Source: Candidatus Anderseniibacteriota bacterium (lineage in GTDB: Bacteria; Patescibacteriota; JAUYIX01). From it: a stretch of 59,589 bases of DNA. The notes under the pieces were generated by a model, which saw only the letters and a list, made by a program, of their open reading frames with translations, searched no databases and was not told the origin of the DNA. The DNA lies in the NCBI GenBank assembly GCA_046350905.1, contig JAXLZN010000005.1, forward strand, positions 1 to 59,589, in the 5' to 3' direction. Below are positions 54,752 through 59,589 of this stretch, piece after piece. Each line of letters opens with the position of its first letter. Position 1 is the first letter of the stretch. The position numbers were made by a program, and so were the translations under genes.

Positions 54752-54777
54752 GGCGCACAGACTAGCAGCTGAGCAAA

Positions 54778-55875
54778 GTGACGAACAGTGGTATGCTTGA
54801 GCTGGTTATGGAAAGATCTGTTTTCCCGCCAGGTAGGCAAGCTGACTTCCTTGCGTCGTGCATAGGCGTAGATACTAACGTGGCCCTGTTTGCACAGAGA
54901 CTTGGTGTCCATCCGCGGACGTTGAGCGATTGGCGTCGGGAGAAAAGCAGGGTCCCCAAAGACAAGCTTACGGAGATAGCGCGGCAAGCCGGTATTCACA
55001 TCCCGGAGTACGTAACGTACGTCGATGCCTTTGCGCATACATCTAGAGCTGGCAAACTCGGAGGTTCGGCCGTACTCAAGAAGTATGGAAGAGTTCCAGT
55101 CGACCCGTTGGCAAGGCTACAGAGTTGGCAAAAGTGGTGGGAAAAAACTGGCAGGCACAAGCAGTGGTCCTACAGTGAGGCTAAGCAAGTCATTTTACCA
55201 AAGCGAGACGTACGGTTGGCGGAATTCATTGGCATCATGCTTGGTGATGGCGGCGTAACTAGACACCAGATCACCATCACCCTAAATCGTGTAACGGATG
55301 CCAACTACGTTACATATGTGCGCAATCTACTAGTTGGACTCTTTGGCCTTCAGGTATGCTCATACGAAGGAAAGCACGATCTCGCAGTACGGTTGTATCT
55401 TTCGAGCGTACGGGTCGTTACCTTCTGTAAACAGAACGAGCTTTTCGTGGGTAACAAAGTTAAAAACAGGGCAGGTGCTCCGCATTGGGTCACACGCTCC
55501 ATGAGGTATTCGATGTGGTGTCTGAGAGGCATGATCGACACTGACGGATGTTTTTTTGTTGAACGGCACAAAATTGGTGGGCGTATTTACGAGTATCCAC
55601 GTATGCACCTCGTCAGTGCGAGTCCACGTTTACGATCTTTTGCGCTGCAAACACTCCGTAGGCTAGGCTTCCACCCACGGCAGCGAGAACGACACATCAC
55701 GCTAGAGGACCCTCAAGAAGTCGTTCGCTACCTACGCATCGTAGGTTCATCAAATTTGAAGCACCTTGCTCGTTCGCTGGAGGGGTGGCGGAGCCCGGTT
55801 GATCGCACGACTCTTGAAAAGTCGCAGACCCGCAAGGGTCTCGTGGGTTCGAATCCCACCCCCTCCGCCATGTGA
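54778..55875 (+). CDS. Double-motif LAGLIDADG endonuclease-like protein with N-terminal HTH
   Basis: LAEFIGIMLGDG and CLRGMIDTDG motifs; HPRTLSDWRREK HTH; lower GC (a sampled 60-nt line was 50% vs 63% in the flank). Start may be ATG 54793 or 54808. Confidence 0.85.
   Translation: MTNSGMLELVMERSVFPPGRQADFLASCIGVDTNVALFAQRLGVHPRTLSDWRREKSRVPKDKLTEIARQAGIHIPEYVTYVDAFAHTSRAGKLGGSAVLKKYGRVPVDPLARLQSWQKWWEKTGRHKQWSYSEAKQVILPKRDVRLAEFIGIMLGDGGVTRHQITITLNRVTDANYVTYVRNLLVGLFGLQVCSYEGKHDLAVRLYLSSVRVVTFCKQNELFVGNKVKNRAGAPHWVTRSMRYSMWCLRGMIDTDGCFFVERHKIGGRIYEYPRMHLVSASPRLRSFALQTLRRLGFHPRQRERHITLEDPQEVVRYLRIVGSSNLKHLARSLEGWRSPVDRTTLEKSQTRKGLVGSNPTPSAM
55779..55870 (+). tRNA. tRNA-Ser (TGA), embedded in the 3' end of the LAGLIDADG ORF
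   Basis: GGAGGGG...CCCCTCC-G-CCA, CGACT-CTTGAAA-AGTCG, long variable arm. Confidence 0.94.
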
Positions 55876-55890
55876 GCTACGATGAGCCCA

Positions 55891-56265
55891 ATGGCCGGCA
55901 AGAAACCAGCTAAGCTTGCGAGTGTGAGCGCCTACATCGCCGCGGCTCCCGCGCAGGCACGACCCATGCTCAGGCAGCTGCGCGCACTCACCAGAGCGGC
56001 CGCGCCCAGAGCCGCCGAAGGAATCAGCTACCGGATACCCTACTACAGCTACCATGGACGGCTGGTGTACTTCGGGGCATTCAGCAACCACTGCAGCCTG
56101 TTTGTTGCTAGCGGGTCTACCCTGCGAGCATTTGCACGTGAGCTTAGAGGCTACAAGATTTCTACCGGTACGCTGCAGTTTCCGTTCGGCACCAAGCTCC
56201 CGGGTGCGCTCATCAAGAAGCTCGTCAAAGCCCGCGTCAAAGAGAACGAGCGGCGCGTAGGCTGA
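55891..56265 (+). CDS. DUF1801 (YdhG-like) protein
   Basis: VSAYIAAAP, EGISYRIPYY, FSNHCSLF, GTLQFP; ATG 55891 lies 7 nt after TACGAT. Confidence 0.88.
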   Translation: MAGKKPAKLASVSAYIAAAPAQARPMLRQLRALTRAAAPRAAEGISYRIPYYSYHGRLVYFGAFSNHCSLFVASGSTLRAFARELRGYKISTGTLQFPFGTKLPGALIKKLVKARVKENERRVG

Positions 56266-56268
56266 CGA

Positions 56269-56297
56269 TTGACAGGAGCGTCAGATCCTGCTACAGA
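56269..56297 (+). promoter_or_regulatory. Sigma70-type promoter
   Basis: TTGACA-N17-TACAGA with TG at the extended -10 position. Confidence 0.6.
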
Positions 56298-56330
56298 AGA
56301 GGCAGGATTGTTCCCTCAGAAAGGAGAGAC

Positions 56331-56627
56331 ATGAAGGCACGCTGGACGCCAATCAAGCGGGCTGCCCGACGCGACTACCTCGCCTTTGGTGAGGTACGCC
56401 GGCAGATTGCGGCGCAGTCGGTGGGCAGGCTCGTGCGCATCACGCAATGCAAGAACCCTATCCACCCCCGGCACCACTACCCGGCACTCGACTGCCCGAT
56501 CCGCGCCAAGGGCCTCCTCCTCAAGATCGAGGCAACCAAGGAGTTTGCGGACGGGCAGCGCTACCTCGTCCACGTGGAGGATCGCGAACTCTGGCTCAGG
56601 GAGGGCGAGTTTACAGAAGCGGGATGA
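56331..56627 (+). CDS. Orphan hypothetical protein (98 aa)
   Basis: AAGGAGAG RBS, own promoter and downstream hairpin. Confidence 0.6.
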   Translation: MKARWTPIKRAARRDYLAFGEVRRQIAAQSVGRLVRITQCKNPIHPRHHYPALDCPIRAKGLLLKIEATKEFADGQRYLVHVEDRELWLREGEFTEAG

Positions 56628-56657
56628 CGACGTTTCGTCACCCGCTTCGTCATTTTT
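56619..56657 (+). terminator. Probable terminator
   Basis: GCGGG-ATGACGA-CGTT-TCGTCA-CCCGC followed by TTCGTCATTTTT. Confidence 0.55.
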
Positions 56658-56690
56658 AGGAGTCGTGCGCCAAGCTGCTACACTGCCGGC

Positions 56691-57314
56691 ATGGCGATTC
56701 TTGGCTTTGGCCGCAAAAAAGAAACCCCGCCGCCTCCGCCCGAAGAAGGCCGCGCCAACCTGGCTAAGCAGCTCCGCGTCGGCACCCCGCGCCCTGCTGC
56801 GTCGGCACCCCAGGTCGCTCCCATCGCACCCGTGCAGCCCGCGGACGACGGCTCCCCCATCTACCAGTTCCAAACCACCATCCAGCGTGACGTACGTCGC
56901 GGACGGGGCTGGTACGTTGGCTGGTCGCTCTTCTTTGCAGCCGCAATCGGCGTCAACATCTGGCTGCACCAGTACCTCGGCGCCGTGGCGCTCACCCTGC
57001 TCGTCGTACTCCTCTTCGTCTCGGCCACGCAGCGGCCCAAGCCGATCACCGTGAGCCTCTACGCCAGCGGCCTGACTATCGGCAAGCAGCGCTACCCCTG
57101 GCACGAGTTCGTCAACTTTTGGATCCTGAGCGAACCGCCTGAGCTCAACCGCCTCTTCCTCAAACGACGGACGCGGGTGCTCAGCGAGCTGGCGATTGAG
57201 CTCGGAGACGAGCAGCCCTTGAAGATTCGCGACCTGCTGCTACCATGGCTGCCCGAAGATCCTACACGCGAGGAGAGCAGGGTCGACTTCATGACCCGCA
57301 GCCTCAAGCTCTAG
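56691..57314 (+). CDS. Two-TM hypothetical protein with C-terminal PH-like domain
   Basis: TM pair then GLTIGKQRYPWHEFVNFWI; ATG lies 6 nt after TACACT. Confidence 0.75.
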   Translation: MAILGFGRKKETPPPPPEEGRANLAKQLRVGTPRPAASAPQVAPIAPVQPADDGSPIYQFQTTIQRDVRRGRGWYVGWSLFFAAAIGVNIWLHQYLGAVALTLLVVLLFVSATQRPKPITVSLYASGLTIGKQRYPWHEFVNFWILSEPPELNRLFLKRRTRVLSELAIELGDEQPLKIRDLLLPWLPEDPTREESRVDFMTRSLKL

Positions 57315-57325
57315 GTTCACGGCAC

Positions 57326-57401
57326 GTGCCCGTAGCTCAGTGGATAGAGCATCAGCTTGCGGAGCTGGGGGTCGCAGGTTCGAATCCTGCCGGGCACACC
57401 A
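57326..57401 (+). tRNA. tRNA-Arg (GCG)
   Basis: 76-nt cloverleaf, anticodon arm TCAGC-TTGCGGA-GCTGG, CCA. Confidence 0.93.
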
Positions 57402-59458
57402 GGGGTCTCACGACCCCCGTACTAGCGCTGCGCGGAGTTGGTCCCGCTGCAGCGGCTGATTTACGCGCGCTCGAGGTCAAGAGCGCGGGCGACCTGCTCG
57501 AGCTGCTCCCGACCCGCCACGACACGTACGGTCCCGCCGTGCCGCTCGCGACCGTACGTCCTGACGAGACCGTGCTCGTGCGCGCACGGCTGACGTCGCT
57601 GTCGTCCCGCCGGAGCTTTCGCCGTCGTTTGACCGTGCAGGAGGGGCTGCTGTCAGACGAGAGCGCGAGCCTGGCGGTGACGTGGTTCAACCAGCCCTGG
57701 CTGGCGCAGCTGCGTGGGCAAGAGCTGGTGGTGCGCGGCCAGGTGCGAACGTACCGCGGCACGCCCACGCTGGTGAGTCCTGAGGTCGTACGCGACCCGG
57801 TCGTGCTGTCAGGTGGCCAGGCGCTCGTGCCGGTCTACCCCCTGTCGGGCCGGCTGACCCAGCGTCAGGTTCGCGGCTGGGTGCGGCAGGCGCTGCCGCT
57901 GCTGCGGCGTGAGCGTGAGGTGCTGCCGCCAGACGTGGTCGAGCGCCACCGGCTGCTCGACCGTGCCGCGGCGCTGCTCCAGCTGCACGTTCCGTCCACG
58001 CCTGCAGCGCTCGCCGAGGCGCGTCGACGGATGACCTTTGAGGAGCTGCTGACCCTCTCGCTCTTTGTCCTGCGCGAACGTCTCCAGCTCCAGCACGTCG
58101 CGGCCACGCCCATCCCGATTGATCGCGACCTGCTACGGCGCTTCGTTGCGTCGTTGCCGTTTACCTTGACCCAAGCGCAGCGCACGGCGGCGTGGCAGAT
58201 CGTGCAGGACCTCGCCAAGCCCCACCCCATGAACCGTTTGCTCGAAGGCGACGTCGGCTCTGGCAAAACTGTCGTAGCAGCAATGGCGCTCCTGTCCGCC
58301 GCGGCGGCTGGCGGGCAAGCGGTGCTGCTGGCACCGACCGTGGTGCTAGCCCGGCAGCACGCCGCGACCGTGCGCAAGCTGCTCGCACCGTTTGGCATTC
58401 CAGTCGGCCTGTGGGCTGGACCGACCCACGAGGACGGCGCGGGGAGAGTCGTTACCCGTGCAGCGCTGCTCCGCCAGCTCGCCGACGGACGGCTGCCAGT
58501 GCTCATCGCCACGCACGGCGTGCTGCAGCCGTCAGTCAAGTTTCGTCGGCTACTCCTCTTTGCCGTGGACGAGCAGCACCGCTTTGGCGTGGAGCAGCGG
58601 CGCGCGCTCAAGGCCAAGTCGGTAGTGTCCGGGCAGCTCCCCCACCTCCTCTCGATGACGGCGACCCCGATTCCGCGCTCGTTAGCCCTGACGCTGTACG
58701 GCGATCTCGACCTGTCAGTGCTCGATGAAAAACCGGCAGGCCGGCCGGCGATTGCTACGCGGGTCGTGACCTCGCGTGGGATCAAGAAAGCGCTCGAGCA
58801 CGTGCGGGCGCGCGCCGCCACGGGTGAGCAGAGCTTTGTGATGTACCCGCTCATCGAGGCCAGCGAGGAGGTGGCGGCGCGCGCCGTCCTCGCCGAGCTA
58901 CCTGAGCTCAAACGTTCGCTCAAGGGGCTGCGGGTCGGCGTGCTGCACGGCAAGCTACCCGAGGACGACAAGCTCGCCGTTATGCAGCAGTTCCGCGCGC
59001 ACGAGCTCGACGTGCTCGCGGCTACGCCGGTCATCGAGGTCGGCATCGACATCCCCAACGCTACGACCATGCTCGTGATGAGCGCGGAACGCTTTGGCTT
59101 GGCACAGCTCCACCAGCTGCGCGGCCGCATCGGACGCGGCACCGAGGCCTCGACCTGCCTGCTCTGCCCCGACATCGCGACCCCCGCGACGCGCAAGCGA
59201 CTCGATCTGATGGTTCGCTCCAACGATGGGTTTGCTCTGGCCGAGGCTGACCTCGAGCTACGTGGTCCGGGCGAGCTCTTCGGCACCCGCCAGCACGGTC
59301 AGGTGCGCTTTAAGTACGCCACGGTCTTTGATGCCCGCACGCTCGCGGCTGCCAAGGACGAGGCCGCCCGTCTCCTGACACAGGATCGAACCCTGCAGTC
59401 TTGGCCGCTCCTCCGCGCGGCCGTGGGCAAGGTCGCGACTCAGCTCCACCTGGAGTAA
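57401..59458 (+). CDS. recG: ATP-dependent DNA helicase RecG (start codon uncertain)
   Basis: LRGVGP N-terminus, LPFTLTQAQ, MNRLLEGDVGSGKT, VDEQHRF, MTATPIPRSL, ERFGLAQLHQLRGRIGRG, LRGPGE. Confidence 0.96.
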   Translation, partial: RGLTTPVLALRGVGPAAAADLRALEVKSAGDLLELLPTRHDTYGPAVPLATVRPDETVLVRARLTSLSSRRSFRRRLTVQEGLLSDESASLAVTWFNQPWLAQLRGQELVVRGQVRTYRGTPTLVSPEVVRDPVVLSGGQALVPVYPLSGRLTQRQVRGWVRQALPLLRREREVLPPDVVERHRLLDRAAALLQLHVPSTPAALAEARRRMTFEELLTLSLFVLRERLQLQHVAATPIPIDRDLLRRFVASLPFTLTQAQRTAAWQIVQDLAKPHPMNRLLEGDVGSGKTVVAAMALLSAAAAGGQAVLLAPTVVLARQHAATVRKLLAPFGIPVGLWAGPTHEDGAGRVVTRAALLRQLADGRLPVLIATHGVLQPSVKFRRLLLFAVDEQHRFGVEQRRALKAKSVVSGQLPHLLSMTATPIPRSLALTLYGDLDLSVLDEKPAGRPAIATRVVTSRGIKKALEHVRARAATGEQSFVMYPLIEASEEVAARAVLAELPELKRSLKGLRVGVLHGKLPEDDKLAVMQQFRAHELDVLAATPVIEVGIDIPNATTMLVMSAERFGLAQLHQLRGRIGRGTEASTCLLCPDIATPATRKRLDLMVRSNDGFALAEADLELRGPGELFGTRQHGQVRFKYATVFDARTLAAAKDEAARLLTQDRTLQSWPLLRAAVGKVATQLHLE

Positions 59459-59482
59459 CCTTAACGGGCGATTAGCTTAGGC

Positions 59483-59511
59483 TTGACAGATCTGCCGTTG
59501 TGTGGCAGACT
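59483..59511 (+). promoter_or_regulatory. Sigma70-type promoter for a feature beyond the right edge
   Basis: TTGACA-N17-CAGACT with TG at the extended -10 position; purine-rich AGGAGAGGAGG downstream. Confidence 0.55.
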
Positions 59512-59589
59512 CTCGCATTCGGCTTTGGGGAGTTCCTTCCATCAACGAGGAGAGGAGGTTCGGTCGCGGTAACTTCGGAAGAACAACTC

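Noticed and set aside
54752-55870. Group I intron splitting a tRNA and carrying the LAGLIDADG ORF
   Set aside because: The tRNA-Ser is complete and no 5' tRNA half or intron core is visible upstream of the ORF.

Overview
A 59.6 kb, GC-rich (roughly 65% by eye) bacterial chromosomal segment. NusG/L11/L1 sequences, a lone CheY-like regulator, PilM, ComF and several small membrane proteins suggest Patescibacteria (CPR); this is inference. Content: housekeeping genes (secE, nusG, rplK, rplA, gyrB, pheST, gatCA, ligA, clpC, recX, recG, rmuC, a UvrD-nuclease fusion), six tRNAs, two very large surface proteins, two GT4 glycosyltransferases next to an alpha/beta hydrolase, and a LAGLIDADG ORF. Many genes carry indels typical of low-coverage long-read consensus (densest at ~10.2-11.8, 15.7-17.8 and 37.5-39.4 kb). 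Most notable: (1) a promoter-to-stop ~3.06 kb direct duplication of [LysM lipoprotein-nusG-rplK-rplA] around a 4.4 kb cargo encoding a 1236-aa collagen/tail-fibre-like protein, with strongly diverged LysM alleles but conserved non-coding leader and trailer; (2) pervasive leaderless gene architecture together with ~70% TAG stops, some of which double as the next gene's -10 box; (3) tRNA genes entangled with ORFs, including a LAGLIDADG ORF that reads through a whole tRNA-Ser; (4) tRNA-Arg(GCG) and an initiator tRNA with a paired A18/G55 change; (5) a cluster of DnaA-box-like motifs. No CRISPR array, integrase, transposase or reverse transcriptase was seen.
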